Numbered from the whole stretch's first letter, positions 1 to 9,965 are shown. The stretch: 62,282 bases of DNA, filler included, from 5 parts of 5 records of this genome joined end to end with filler, not necessarily neighbours in it, one strand, 5' to 3'. A program made the numbers and translations. Notes: generated by a model not told the origin, from the letters alone.

Positions 1-7
1 TAAAAAT

Positions 8-664
8 ATGTTTCTTCATACACATCCTTATTCCCCATTTATTCCTAAAAATGCAACTAAATTAATTGTAGGAACATTACCTCCGCCAAGATTTACGGAA
101 AAAGTGTTTAAAGAAGGCGATGTAGATTTTTCTTACGGAAGTAGAGATGGATATTTGTGGCCCATTTTAAATAGAATCTTTAGTTTGAATTTAGTTTTTG
201 AAACTACGGAAGAAGCTATACAGCAGCGTAAATTGTTTTTGGCAGCCTATCAAATTGGGATTTGTGATATAGTTGCTTCCGCAGAAAGAGAACAAATAGA
301 CGCGTCAGATTTGGGGATGAAGAATATAGAATGCCGGGATTTGATTTTTTATTTAAATGAAAATCCTACCATTGATACCATTTTATTTATGGGAGGAAAT
401 AGTAAAAATGGTCCTGAATATCTTTTTAGGAAGCAATTAAAGGATAAAGGAATAAAATTAGAAACTATTTCTTCGGATGTACCTCGTAAGTATCAATTTA
501 AAATTGGGAATCGAAATATAAAAACAGTTTCATTAACAGCCCCATCGGGAGCGGCAAATAGGGCGGTGGGAGCTATACCAGAATATAAAGCACTAAAAAA
601 GAAGCACCCTAATCTCAATACTATTGATTTTAGAGTGCTTCAGTATATTAAATATTTTGTATGA
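8..664 (+). CDS. Uracil-DNA glycosylase superfamily protein (Mug/TDG-like)
   Basis: 218-aa ORF with N-terminal HPY..F...A..LIVGTLPP, FxYGS and C-terminal LTAPSGA motifs typical of Bacteroidetes UDG-family proteins. Confidence 0.75.
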   Translation: MFLHTHPYSPFIPKNATKLIVGTLPPPRFTEKVFKEGDVDFSYGSRDGYLWPILNRIFSLNLVFETTEEAIQQRKLFLAAYQIGICDIVASAEREQIDASDLGMKNIECRDLIFYLNENPTIDTILFMGGNSKNGPEYLFRKQLKDKGIKLETISSDVPRKYQFKIGNRNIKTVSLTAPSGAANRAVGAIPEYKALKKKHPNLNTIDFRVLQYIKYFV

Positions 665-701
665 TAATTAATTGATTATCGGTACAAATTATTGGGGGAT
701 T

Positions 702-842
702 TTATTTTTTATTCTGTTGATCTTTGATGGTTTTCTCATCAATATCAAACTTATTAGTATCTATATTCCTATTTCCCGTTGGGTTTGTAGGATTTGTTTG
801 TTCTTGTTTTCTTTTCCATTTTTTATCTTTAATAGTGCTCAT
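702..842 (-). CDS. Putative small hydrophilic protein (46 aa), absent from the ORF track
   Basis: ATG at 842 to TAA at 702, MSTIKDKKWKRKQEQTNPTNPTGNRNIDTNKFDIDEKTIKDQQNKK; A-rich leader (AAAAAAAGAAATT-ATG) and an upstream TATCTTTA resembling the Bacteroidetes -7 box. Confidence 0.45.
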   Translation of the reverse strand: MSTIKDKKWKRKQEQTNPTNPTGNRNIDTNKFDIDEKTIKDQQNKK

Positions 843-940
843 AATTTCTTTTTTTTAGTTTACTTAAAGATACAAATGAACTTGGGAAAAGGCTCTTAAA
901 ACAATTGTAAGTTATTGTTAATGGTTTAACATTTAAATAG

Positions 941-2536
941 TTAGTGCATTGCTGAAGCATCAACTTTGCCTTTACCTTTTTTAATCATTAATACAAAAGG
1001 AACGCAAATTAGAAATAGAATCCCCAAATATAAAAATATATCCATGTAAGACAATACCGTACTTTGTAAGGTAATACTTCCTTCCATTAATTGATATGCT
1101 TTATCTAAAGATTCGTTTACACTAAAACCTTTCGACATAAACATTTGTTGATACGCTTGCAACCGCTCCTGTACTTTAAAATCTATTTTTGAGAGGTTTG
1201 GTAATAAGTCCACTCGGTGTTGCTGACTTAATCTGGCAACAAACGTAGTGATAATTGCAATCCCAAAAGATCCCCCTAATTGTCTCATCATCCCTGTAAA
1301 TGCGGCACCTTCTCCAATGTCTTTTCCTCTTAATGTAGAAAGAGATAAGGTTGTTATTGGAACAAATAGTAATCCTAACCCAAATCCACGCGCTACTAGA
1401 GGCCAAAACATATGTTCGGAACCAGTATCTGGAGTCATCATGTTATACATCCAATAACTATAAATAAAGAATACTACAAACCCAATGGCTGCTAAGTATT
1501 TTTGTGGAACTCCACGCTCTAAAAGTTTACCAATAATAGGCATCATTAGTGCGGTGGTAACAGAACTTGGAACTAGTAGTAAACCAGCATCGGTGGCTGT
1601 CCATCCTAAAATAGATTGGGTGTAAATTGGAATAATAAAGGTAGAACCATACAAACCAAAACCAAGAATAAATGTTAAAATAGTACCGATTCTTAGGTTG
1701 TAATCTTTTAAAACTCTGAGGTTTACAATTGGGTGTTCATATACAAGTTCTCTCCATATAAATAATAACAATCCTAGACCAGATACAATAGTTAGTATTA
1801 TTATAGTGGTATCTGCAAACCAATCGTCTTGTTGTCCGTGCTCTAAAATATATTGCAAGGAACCAATAAAAGAAGCTAGAAAAATAATACCCCACCAGTC
1901 TACTTGACTTGCTTTTAGCTTTTCTCCATACTTCGGACTTTTAATATATATAATGGTTAAAAATGTGGCAATAATTCCAATAGGCACATTGATATAAAAT
2001 ATATATGGCCAAGAGAAATTATCTACTAAATAACCACCTAATGGAGGTCCTAATGTAGGACCAACAATTACTCCCATTCCATAAATAGCTTGTGCCATTC
2101 CTCTTTTTGCAACAGGGTACGTTTCTGTAATAATTGTTTGGGCCGTAACTAGTAATGCTCCGCCCCCCATACCTTGTATGAATCGGAAAGCTACTAGTTC
2201 CCATAAATTTGTTGCATTTCCACACAAAAAGGATGCTGCAGTAAATATTATAATTGAAGCTGCAAAGTAATTACGTCTCCCAAATTGTTTAGACAACCAA
2301 CTGGTCATTGGGATAATAATTACGTTTGCAATTGCATAGGCCGTAATAACCCAGGCAATATCTGTAAGAGAAGCTCCTAAGCTACCTCTCATGTCGTTTA
2401 ATGCAACGTTAACAATTGTAGTGTCAATAATTTCTAGAAGGGCACAAAGAATAGCCGTAATGGTTATTATGACCCTAGTAAAACCATATTCTACTAAACT
2501 GTCTTCGTCTTGAACTTGAACTTGTGCTTCTGCCAT
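941..2536 (-). CDS. emrB: DHA2-family MFS efflux permease (EmrB/QacA type)
   Basis: 531 aa, about 14 hydrophobic segments, motifs LEIIDTTIVNVAL, FGRRNYF, RFIQGMGGG, GPTLGPPLGG. Confidence 0.93.
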   Translation of the reverse strand: MAEAQVQVQDEDSLVEYGFTRVIITITAILCALLEIIDTTIVNVALNDMRGSLGASLTDIAWVITAYAIANVIIIPMTSWLSKQFGRRNYFAASIIIFTAASFLCGNATNLWELVAFRFIQGMGGGALLVTAQTIITETYPVAKRGMAQAIYGMGVIVGPTLGPPLGGYLVDNFSWPYIFYINVPIGIIATFLTIIYIKSPKYGEKLKASQVDWWGIIFLASFIGSLQYILEHGQQDDWFADTTIIILTIVSGLGLLLFIWRELVYEHPIVNLRVLKDYNLRIGTILTFILGFGLYGSTFIIPIYTQSILGWTATDAGLLLVPSSVTTALMMPIIGKLLERGVPQKYLAAIGFVVFFIYSYWMYNMMTPDTGSEHMFWPLVARGFGLGLLFVPITTLSLSTLRGKDIGEGAAFTGMMRQLGGSFGIAIITTFVARLSQQHRVDLLPNLSKIDFKVQERLQAYQQMFMSKGFSVNESLDKAYQLMEGSITLQSTVLSYMDIFLYLGILFLICVPFVLMIKKGKGKVDASAMH

Positions 2537-2539
2537 AAC

Positions 2540-3622
2540 TTATTTTAAATGAACATCTACCAAAACATTCATTCCTGAACGTAATTTTGCTAGTTTTTCA
2601 GTGTCGTTATCTTTTGAAAAATCTATTTTAACTGGAAGACGTTGTATTGTTTTAACAAAGTTTCCTGAAGCATTATCTGGAGGTAATAAAGAAAATTTAG
2701 CTCCTGTTGCTGGAGAGAAAGCAGTAATTACCGCATTGAATTCTTCTCCAGGATAAGCATCTACTTCTATAGTTACTTTTTGCCCAATATTCATTTTTTC
2801 TAATTGGGTTTCTTTGAAGTTTGCTACCACCCATTTATCGTTAGTATTTACTAGATAAAATAACGATTGTCCTGGTTGAACAAATTGCCCTTCTTGTAAA
2901 TCAACGTTAGATAATTGCCCGTCTATAGGCGCAGTAACAAAAGTGTAACTTAAGTTTAGTCTCGCAGCATCTAATTGTGCTTGTGCACTTTTTACATTTG
3001 CTTCGGCAACTGCCACTTGTTTTTCTGAAATTTCTGTTTGAGAAACCGCAGCTTTACGTTGACTAGCACTTGCGTTTTGCTGACTTTTTAATACTTCTAA
3101 TTGTTTCTCTGCGGATTGCTTAGCAGCAAGCGCCTCTTCGTATTGTTGTTCGGTTATAGAGTGATTTTTATATAAATTCTCATAACGTTTAAAATCATTT
3201 TCTGCTCTCCATAAAGTAATTTTTGCATTCTCTAAATTTCCTTCTGCAGAATTTACTTGCGCATTAGAAGTAGCTACATTAGCTTGGTAAGAACCAATAC
3301 TTGCTTTTGCAACTATTAATTGACTTTCGGCTCCTGCTAGCGCAGCTTTTGCTTGCTCTAACTGTACCATATAATCTTGATCATTAATAGTGAAAAGTGT
3401 ATCTCCTTTCTTAACTTTTTCATTATCGCTCACATATACTTTTTCAACATAACCACCTACATGAGGGATTATCGGACTCATATTAGCTTCTATTTGTGCA
3501 TCATCTGTTTCTTCATGAGAAAAAGAATGAACTATTTTAATTCCACCGTATATAATTCCTATAATGATTAAAGAACCGATAATGAGGGTGAATTTCTTGT
3601 TTGTTTTTTTCTTTTGTTCCAT
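2540..3622 (-). CDS. emrA: EmrA/HlyD-family periplasmic adaptor
   Basis: N-terminal TM anchor, ETDDAQ, coiled-coil hairpin, FSLLPPDNASGNFVKTIQRLPVKI. Confidence 0.93.
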   Translation of the reverse strand: MEQKKKTNKKFTLIIGSLIIIGIIYGGIKIVHSFSHEETDDAQIEANMSPIIPHVGGYVEKVYVSDNEKVKKGDTLFTINDQDYMVQLEQAKAALAGAESQLIVAKASIGSYQANVATSNAQVNSAEGNLENAKITLWRAENDFKRYENLYKNHSITEQQYEEALAAKQSAEKQLEVLKSQQNASASQRKAAVSQTEISEKQVAVAEANVKSAQAQLDAARLNLSYTFVTAPIDGQLSNVDLQEGQFVQPGQSLFYLVNTNDKWVVANFKETQLEKMNIGQKVTIEVDAYPGEEFNAVITAFSPATGAKFSLLPPDNASGNFVKTIQRLPVKIDFSKDNDTEKLAKLRSGMNVLVDVHLK

Positions 3623-3640
3623 TTTATTGATAATAGTAGA

Positions 3641-4942
3641 TTATTGTACGTCTGTGTTTATTTGTCCTTGAGCATTTAAAAGCTCATAATAGTTTTGTAT
3701 GATGTCTGCTTTAGAATATGCCAAATTGATTTTAGCTTGAAGCTGGTCAATATCTGCTTCAAGTAAATCGTTGGTGTCTACCAATCCATTGTCATATTTA
3801 TCTTTTACAATTCTATAATTTTCAATAGCTTGTTCTTCAGACTTTAGATATACATCGTATTTTTTATTGGCAAGATTGTAGTTTTGAGTAGCATCTTCAA
3901 TTTGAATCTGAATTTTATCTTGAACCATATCTATAGTATGTTGTAGTTCTTCTGCTTGACTTTTAGCAACTTTAACATCACTTTTTGCTTTAAAAATATC
4001 AGCTAAATTATAAGACACTCCAACCCCAAAATTCATAGCATCTGTAATGGTAAGTGCATTTTTAATGTCTAATGCAACATAACCTCCCATTAAAGAAATA
4101 CTTGGGTAGTATTTACTTTGAGCTACTTTGATATTGTTTTCAGCAGCTTCTTTTCGGTATTCTAATGCTCTTAAATCGCTTCTTTGAATACTATCATTTA
4201 ACTCAGAACCAAGAGTAAGTTGAAAATTATTATCTTCAATATTAATTTTAGTGTCTTTTGGCATTTTTAAGGTAGTTACCAAGCTGAAGTTTAAAATCTT
4301 TTCATTCTTTTTGGCTTCCTCTAAACTAACTTCAATATTAGATTCTTGTAATTGAGCTTTCAATAAATCATTTCTCGCTAAAAGGCCATTTTGTTCCATA
4401 GCGGTGAAATCTTTTACACGCTGTTGAGCACTTTTTAGGTTCTCTTGGATAAGCGCTACAGTTTTATGGGCTTTGTATAAATTTACGTAGTCATTTACTG
4501 TCTGTAATGCAATATCTTCTTTATTACTTTTAGCATCAAGTGTAGCCGCTTCATAATTATTTTTACTAGCTTTTACTAAATTATTTAGTTTAAAACCTGT
4601 AAAAATAGGAACAGAAGCAGTTGCTTGTCCAAGCATTAAACTGCTAATGTCTGGTTCTGCAGCTCCACTTTGTTGTCCGCCAGTATCAAATTTTATATCG
4701 GCGTTAACCTTAGTAAGGTGTTGGTATTGTCCAGCAATTTTTAAATCTGGGTACCGTTTGCTTTTTGCTACTTTTACTTCATAGCCAGCAGTGTTTACTT
4801 TAGTGTCTGCAATTTTTGACTCGTCGCTGTTTAGGAGCGCTAATTTAATAGCTTCCTCTAGCGTAAGCGAGGTTTCCTGCGATTGCATGTTTTTAATACC
4901 TAAAATACCTAGTAGGCATATGAATATAATTTTACGCTTCAT
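3641..4942 (-). CDS. TolC-family outer-membrane efflux protein
   Basis: Signal peptide, LTLEEAIKLAL start, two OEP-like repeats, position in a tripartite efflux operon. Confidence 0.92.
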   Translation of the reverse strand: MKRKIIFICLLGILGIKNMQSQETSLTLEEAIKLALLNSDESKIADTKVNTAGYEVKVAKSKRYPDLKIAGQYQHLTKVNADIKFDTGGQQSGAAEPDISSLMLGQATASVPIFTGFKLNNLVKASKNNYEAATLDAKSNKEDIALQTVNDYVNLYKAHKTVALIQENLKSAQQRVKDFTAMEQNGLLARNDLLKAQLQESNIEVSLEEAKKNEKILNFSLVTTLKMPKDTKINIEDNNFQLTLGSELNDSIQRSDLRALEYRKEAAENNIKVAQSKYYPSISLMGGYVALDIKNALTITDAMNFGVGVSYNLADIFKAKSDVKVAKSQAEELQHTIDMVQDKIQIQIEDATQNYNLANKKYDVYLKSEEQAIENYRIVKDKYDNGLVDTNDLLEADIDQLQAKINLAYSKADIIQNYYELLNAQGQINTDVQ

Positions 4943-5552
4943 AAGTTAATAGTGCTTTTATTGTTTGTTTTATATGGTCTGTAAGAATTGTGTGTATAAA
5001 ATCATCTAAGGAATCTGTGGTATACAGTTGATGGATGTCTTTATAGAACCGTTTGTTGTAATAAAAATTGAAATATGATCCTAATACAGTTGGGATTATT
5101 AAAGGGATATTTACTTTTTTTGAAAATACTCCTGCCTTTTGTCCTTTCTTAACAAAGTCTTCAATAATTAAATAATTGTTTTTCTTTATCTGAATGTAAC
5201 TTTCAAAATCTATTTGACGCGTTTCATTTGAATATTCAAAGTGAATAATCTTATAAACACGTCTATTTCTATGAATTCTGGCAACTAATACAGTAACTAT
5301 TTCATCAATTTTCTGTAGGTAATCTATGTCTTTAGATAAAATAGATTCTAACTCCATAGTGAAGTTTGCCGTTTTGTAGCTCAAAAGAGATTCTAGTAGT
5401 TTCTCTTTAGATCCAAAATAGTAAGAAATCATTGCAATATTAATGTCTGCCTCTTTAGCAATAGCTCTAATAGAAGTGCCATCATATCCGTTTTCGGCAA
5501 ACATTTTTTCTGCTACTTCTAGTATTTTTATTTGCTTCTCATTTAACTCCAT
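4932..5552 (-). CDS. TetR/AcrR-family transcriptional regulator
   Basis: N-terminal HTH ILEVAEKMFAENGYDGTSIRAIAKEADINIAMISYYFGSKEKL. Confidence 0.94.
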   Translation of the reverse strand: MELNEKQIKILEVAEKMFAENGYDGTSIRAIAKEADINIAMISYYFGSKEKLLESLLSYKTANFTMELESILSKDIDYLQKIDEIVTVLVARIHRNRRVYKIIHFEYSNETRQIDFESYIQIKKNNYLIIEDFVKKGQKAGVFSKKVNIPLIIPTVLGSYFNFYYNKRFYKDIHQLYTTDSLDDFIHTILTDHIKQTIKALLTYEA

Positions 5553-5577
5553 AAAAATGAATGTTAGAAATTCTGTG

Positions 5578-5615
5578 CAAAATTAAACAATTGTTTAAAT
5601 TAAACGTTTGTTTAA
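5578..5615 (-). promoter_or_regulatory. Promoter -7 box overlapped by tandem palindromic TetR operators
   Basis: TTAAACAATTGTTTAA (5583-5598, perfect palindrome) and TTAAACGTTTGTTTAA (5600-5615); minus-strand TAATTTTG at 5578-5585 fits the Bacteroidetes TAnnTTTG consensus. Confidence 0.72.
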
Positions 5616-5747
5616 TTTCTATTTTAACATATAACGTTAGAGTACAATTAAAGTTTAAGAATAGAATTATAAGATTTAATGCAAAAGCACTATAATTCTA
5701 GCTGTAGAAGGGTAAAAGGATGAGGTTTTATAGAAAGAAAGAGTGTT

Positions 5748-5780
5748 AAAAAAGGTCTAGGAAATTAACTCCTAGACCTT
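5748..5780 (-). terminator. Intrinsic terminator of the trp operon
   Basis: 11-bp stem AAGGTCTAGGA/TCCTAGACCTT followed by a U-tract on the minus strand, downstream of trpA; second small hairpin at 5789-5806. Confidence 0.75.
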
Positions 5781-5826
5781 CTTAATAGAACTCGTTTAGA
5801 CGAGTTTACAATTAAAGTGTGTTTTT

Positions 5827-6588
5827 TTATTGAATTCCTTTAACAAAAGCATCAATGCCTTTAATTCCTTTTTCTTGAATCATTTTGATAAAAGCAGAGC
5901 CTATAATTGCTCCTTTGGCATGTGTTGTGGCAGCTTTAAAAGTTTCGGCATTGCTAATACCAAAGCCAACAATTTGTGGTGCTTTTAAATTCATATTCGC
6001 AATTCTTTCAAAATATTCACTTTGAGCATCCCCAAAATTGCTTTTAGCTCCTGTTACACTGGCAGAACTTACCATATAAATAAACCCGTTAGAAACCGAA
6101 TCTATAAAACGAATCCGTGCTTCTGAGGTTTGCGGTGTAATTAAAAATACATTTATGAGTCCGTGTTTTTCAAATATTGCTTGATATTGCTCATGGTAAA
6201 CATCTACAGGAAGGTCTGGGATAATGAGTCCGTCAATACCAATATCGGAGCATTTCTGGCAAAAAGCTTCTACACCATATTGTAAAATAGGATTGAAATA
6301 CCCCATAATAATTAACGGAATGTGGACTGTTTTGCGAATATCTTTTAGTTGTTGAAAAAGCTTTTCTGTAGTCATTCCGTTTTTAAGTGCCTGCGTAGAG
6401 CTTGCTTGTATGGTAGGACCATCTGCCAGCGGATCGGAAAATGGGAGTCCGATTTCGAGCATGTCAACTCCACTTTCTTGAAGCGCTTCTATAACGGGTA
6501 CTGTATCTTCTATAGCTGGGTAACCTGCCGTAAAATAGATGGATAACAGTTTTTTATTTTCTTCCAGTTTTTTACTGATTCTGTTCAT
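5827..6588 (-). CDS. trpA: Tryptophan synthase alpha subunit
   Basis: YFTAGYP, EIGLPFSDPLADGPTIQ, VGFGIS, IIGSA. Confidence 0.98.
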   Translation of the reverse strand: MNRISKKLEENKKLLSIYFTAGYPAIEDTVPVIEALQESGVDMLEIGLPFSDPLADGPTIQASSTQALKNGMTTEKLFQQLKDIRKTVHIPLIIMGYFNPILQYGVEAFCQKCSDIGIDGLIIPDLPVDVYHEQYQAIFEKHGLINVFLITPQTSEARIRFIDSVSNGFIYMVSSASVTGAKSNFGDAQSEYFERIANMNLKAPQIVGFGISNAETFKAATTHAKGAIIGSAFIKMIQEKGIKGIDAFVKGIQ

Positions 6589-6606
6589 TTGTTTCTTATT
6601 TGCGTT

Positions 6607-7791
6607 TTACAAATCAAAATAATCAATGTATGTATTTAAATCCTTGTCGCCACGACCGGATAAACTAATTACAACAACGTCATTTTGGTTGAATTTTTTA
6701 TGATTAAATATTGCCAAGGCATGAGAACTTTCAATTGCAGGAATAATTCCTTCTGTTTTGCATAATTCTAATCCTGCTTTCATAGCATCATTATCGGTTA
6801 CAGAGAAAAATTCTCCACGACCCGAATTATACAAATGTGCATGCATTGGGCCAACACCAGGGTAATCTAATCCTGCCGAAATGGAATAAGGCTCAGTAAT
6901 TTGCCCATCGGGGGTTTGCATTAATAGGGTTTTACAGCCGTGAATAATGCCTTCTTTTCCTAAAACTGAAGTAGCAGCACTTTCCCCAGAGTCAATACCT
7001 TTTCCAGCGGCTTCTACAGCTATGATACCTACTTTTTCGTCATCTAAAAAATGATAATAAGTACCTGCAGCGTTACTTCCTCCACCTATACAAGCTACTA
7101 CATAATCGGGATTTTGGCGACCTTCTTTTTCTTGTAGCTGCCATTTTATTTCTTCGGAAATAATGCTTTGAAAGCGTGTTACCATATCTGGATATGGATG
7201 TGGACCAATAGCCGATCCAATAATGTAATGCGTATCTACTGGGTTGTTAATCCAATCTCGAATAGCCTCGTTGGTGGCGTCTTTAAGAGTGCGACTCCCA
7301 GAGAGGGCAGGGCGTACTTCGGCGCCAAGCATTTTCATTCGAGCCACATTTGGAGATTGGCGAGCAATATCAATTTCTCCCATATAAACTACACAATCTA
7401 TACCCATAAGTGCACAAACAGTAGCGGTTGCAACACCGTGTTGTCCAGCGCCTGTTTCAGCAATAATTCTTTTCTTGCCTAGCTTTTTGGCCATTAATAT
7501 TTGCCCGATGGTATTGTTTATTTTATGAGCTCCTGTATGGTTAAGGTCTTCCCTTTTTAAATAAATTTTTGCTCCATGTTTTTCAGACAATCGCTTGGCA
7601 AAATATAATGGAGAAGGGCGTCCTACATAATCTTTTAGTAATTGATTGAATTCTTCCTTGAAAGAATCTTCATTCATAATTGAAAGATATTGCTGACGTA
7701 GTTCTTCAACATTTGGATAGAGCATTTCTGGAATATATGCACCTCCAAATTCTCCATAATATCCTTTTTCGTTTACATTGTATGTGTCCAT
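6607..7791 (-). CDS. trpB: Tryptophan synthase beta subunit
   Basis: [15 protein letters not shown] (PLP lysine), [30 protein letters not shown]. Confidence 0.99.
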   Translation of the reverse strand: MDTYNVNEKGYYGEFGGAYIPEMLYPNVEELRQQYLSIMNEDSFKEEFNQLLKDYVGRPSPLYFAKRLSEKHGAKIYLKREDLNHTGAHKINNTIGQILMAKKLGKKRIIAETGAGQHGVATATVCALMGIDCVVYMGEIDIARQSPNVARMKMLGAEVRPALSGSRTLKDATNEAIRDWINNPVDTHYIIGSAIGPHPYPDMVTRFQSIISEEIKWQLQEKEGRQNPDYVVACIGGGSNAAGTYYHFLDDEKVGIIAVEAAGKGIDSGESAATSVLGKEGIIHGCKTLLMQTPDGQITEPYSISAGLDYPGVGPMHAHLYNSGRGEFFSVTDNDAMKAGLELCKTEGIIPAIESSHALAIFNHKKFNQNDVVVISLSGRGDKDLNTYIDYFDL

Positions 7792-7883
7792 TTTTTTTAG
7801 TTGTAAAGTTGAATGTTTTAAAGTTTAAAGTAGGGAGGAAAAGAGTAGTGACTATATCTCTTTTAATTTCCTAGTCCCCAATT

Positions 7884-8576
7884 CTATTCTCTAGAAACAT
7901 TTTTATATCTCGAAATAAAATCTTTTAATTGTGCTGCGTTTTTCAATCCAGGTTCCACTTCAAATTTACTATTTACATCAATAGCATGAATTGGGAGATT
8001 AGGATTGATATGTTTTATTTTTTCAATGTGTTCTGTACCAATTCCGCCACTTAGAAAGAACGGTTTTTCTGATGGATAATTTTTTAGTACTTCCCAATTA
8101 AAGGTATATCCGTTGCCTCCAGGGAGTTTCCCTTTGGTGTCGAATAAATAATAATCGGCTATTTTTTCATACGGAGACAAGATTGAAAAATCAAATTCAT
8201 CTTTAATAGAAAACACTTTTATGATTATTGTTTTATGAGGAAGTTCTTTTTTTAGATTTTGACAAAATTCGACCGATTCATCCCCATGTAATTGAACTCC
8301 GTTTAAATGATGCTGATTAACTTTTTCAATTATATAATCAATAGTTGCGTTTACAAAAACACCTATTTTTTTGATGTTTTTTGGTAATTCTGGAATAACG
8401 TCCTCATTAAAACGTGCCGATTTTTCATAAAAAATAAACCCGAGATAATCTGGTTGTAACCCTGCAATAGTTCTGATATTATCTTCATATTTCATTCCAC
8501 ATATTTTGAGACCTATCTCAACGCTTCTATGTGGATGTTTGGGTTTGAGAGTGTTATTTGAATCCGATTTGTCCAT
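7884..8576 (-). CDS. trpF: Phosphoribosylanthranilate isomerase
   Basis: KICGM, VQLHGDE, LFDT, GGNGYTFNW, LSGGI, DVNSKFE. Confidence 0.96.
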   Translation of the reverse strand: MDKSDSNNTLKPKHPHRSVEIGLKICGMKYEDNIRTIAGLQPDYLGFIFYEKSARFNEDVIPELPKNIKKIGVFVNATIDYIIEKVNQHHLNGVQLHGDESVEFCQNLKKELPHKTIIIKVFSIKDEFDFSILSPYEKIADYYLFDTKGKLPGGNGYTFNWEVLKNYPSEKPFFLSGGIGTEHIEKIKHINPNLPIHAIDVNSKFEVEPGLKNAAQLKDFISRYKNVSRE

Positions 8577-8650
8577 TTTTTTGTATCGTTAGAGATAGAA
8601 TTGAAGGTAATTACTTAACAAATTTACAGCTTTACCAATTTTTTAATTTT

Positions 8651-9436
8651 TCAATCTTTTAATTTCCCAATAAACTCTTTTGCACTTGCTCCTGGATCTC
8701 CAGTTTTCATAAAATTCTCGCCTATTAAGAAGCCTTTGTAGTCAAATTGCTGTAGGTCTTTTATAGCTTTAATAGAACTAATTCCACTTTCCGACACTTT
8801 TACAAAATCGTGAGGAATTTTTTCTGATAAGGTTTTACTGATGTCTAAACTCACCTCAAAAGTCTTTAAATTCCGATTGTTTACTCCTAACATATCCAGA
8901 CTCGGCATAATAGATTTCTGTAATTCTTCTTCATTATGGATCTCTAATAATACATCTAAACCTAAATTTTTAGCTGCTTCAGATAATGATTTTATCTCAT
9001 TGCGAGTTAAAATAGCTGCTATTAATAAAATTACATCAGCACCAAAAGCTTTAGCTTCTATTATCTGATATGGGTCGATGATAAATTCTTTTCGTAATAA
9101 AGGCATTTGAACAGCGGCTCTAGCCAATAGCAAATCGTCTAAAGAGCCTCCAAAATACTTGCCATCTGTTAAAACCGACATCCCGCATACTCCTGCATCT
9201 TCATAACCTTTTGCTACATCTTGTACGTTTAAAGATTGATTGATAACCGATTTTGAAGGAGAACGACGTTTATGTTCGGCAATAATGCCAGTGTTGCTAG
9301 CGCTCAGTTTATTGGCTAAAGAAACACAATCACGCTCAAAGAGCACGCTTGACTCCAATTGTGAAATAGGAATTAATTCTTTTTTTAAAGCAACTTCATT
9401 TCTTTTATCTGCTACTATTTTATCTAGGATGTTCAT
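8651..9436 (-). CDS. trpC: Indole-3-glycerol phosphate synthase
   Basis: IIAEHKRRSPSK, SVLTD, LRKEFIID, GVNNRNL, VSESGI, LIGE. Confidence 0.98.
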   Translation of the reverse strand: MNILDKIVADKRNEVALKKELIPISQLESSVLFERDCVSLANKLSASNTGIIAEHKRRSPSKSVINQSLNVQDVAKGYEDAGVCGMSVLTDGKYFGGSLDDLLLARAAVQMPLLRKEFIIDPYQIIEAKAFGADVILLIAAILTRNEIKSLSEAAKNLGLDVLLEIHNEEELQKSIMPSLDMLGVNNRNLKTFEVSLDISKTLSEKIPHDFVKVSESGISSIKAIKDLQQFDYKGFLIGENFMKTGDPGASAKEFIGKLKD

Positions 9437-9459
9437 TTTTTCTGTTTATAAGATTTAAT

Positions 9460-9482
9460 GATTGAAGAATTGAAAGATTGAA
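9460..9482. repeat. Left arm of a perfect 23-bp inverted repeat built of 8-nt units
   Basis: GATTGAAGAATTGAAAGATTGAA, within a period-8 array 9451-9490. Confidence 0.9.
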
Positions 9483-9507
9483 TAATTTGATATAGGCATA
9501 TTTAACT

Positions 9508-9869
9508 TTACATTTTAGTTTTTAAATATTTGATGAAATTGGATAGGTTTTGAGAAATTTCGATACTTAAATAATAACTTTTTTCAATCTCTAATGGAGA
9601 TGTTAATTCCAATTCTTTTGCTAAAATCAACATGCTTCTTACTTCTGAACAACTACCTTTTGCAATTTTCAAATATTTAATAAATTGTTTGTTGTTTTAT
9701 ATTCAGATCCTTCAGCTATGTTATTAGTTATTGAAATTACAGCTCTTTTTATTTGATCTTTGAATCCAAATTCTCTTTCAAAAGGTTTGTTGTTTACTAA
9801 TTCAAAAATCAATTTAGCTAATAGGATTCCTTTTTTATAGACTTCAAATTCTTCAAAAGATTTAGTCAT
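9508..9869 (-). pseudogene. Four-helix-bundle protein (23S rRNA intervening-sequence protein family), frameshifted by one missing base near 9695
   Basis: MTKSFEEFEVYKK...FGFKDQIKRAVISITNNIAEGSEY, then in the shifted frame NNKQFIKYLKIAKGSCSEVRSMLILAKEL...LSNFIKYLKTKM*; span 362 nt, one short of 121 codons. Confidence 0.88.
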
Positions 9870-9942
9870 AATCTTTAAATTCCTTATACGTTTCCATATT
9901 TTAAATAATAGTTTTTTCCGACATCCATCACCTATCAAGTCC

Positions 9943-9965
9943 TTCAATCTTTCAATTCTTCAATC
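9943..9965. repeat. Right arm of the perfect 23-bp inverted repeat
   Basis: TTCAATCTTTCAATTCTTCAATC, exact reverse complement of 9460-9482. Confidence 0.9.

Noticed and set aside
672-899. 75-aa hydrophobic + strand ORF
   Set aside because: TTG start; the F/L/I richness is explained by it being antisense to the A-rich small ORF 702-842
9669-9947. ORF-track 92-aa version of the four-helix-bundle gene
   Set aside because: Its TTG start lies inside the repeat arm and its end results from the frameshift; the real gene spans 9508-9869
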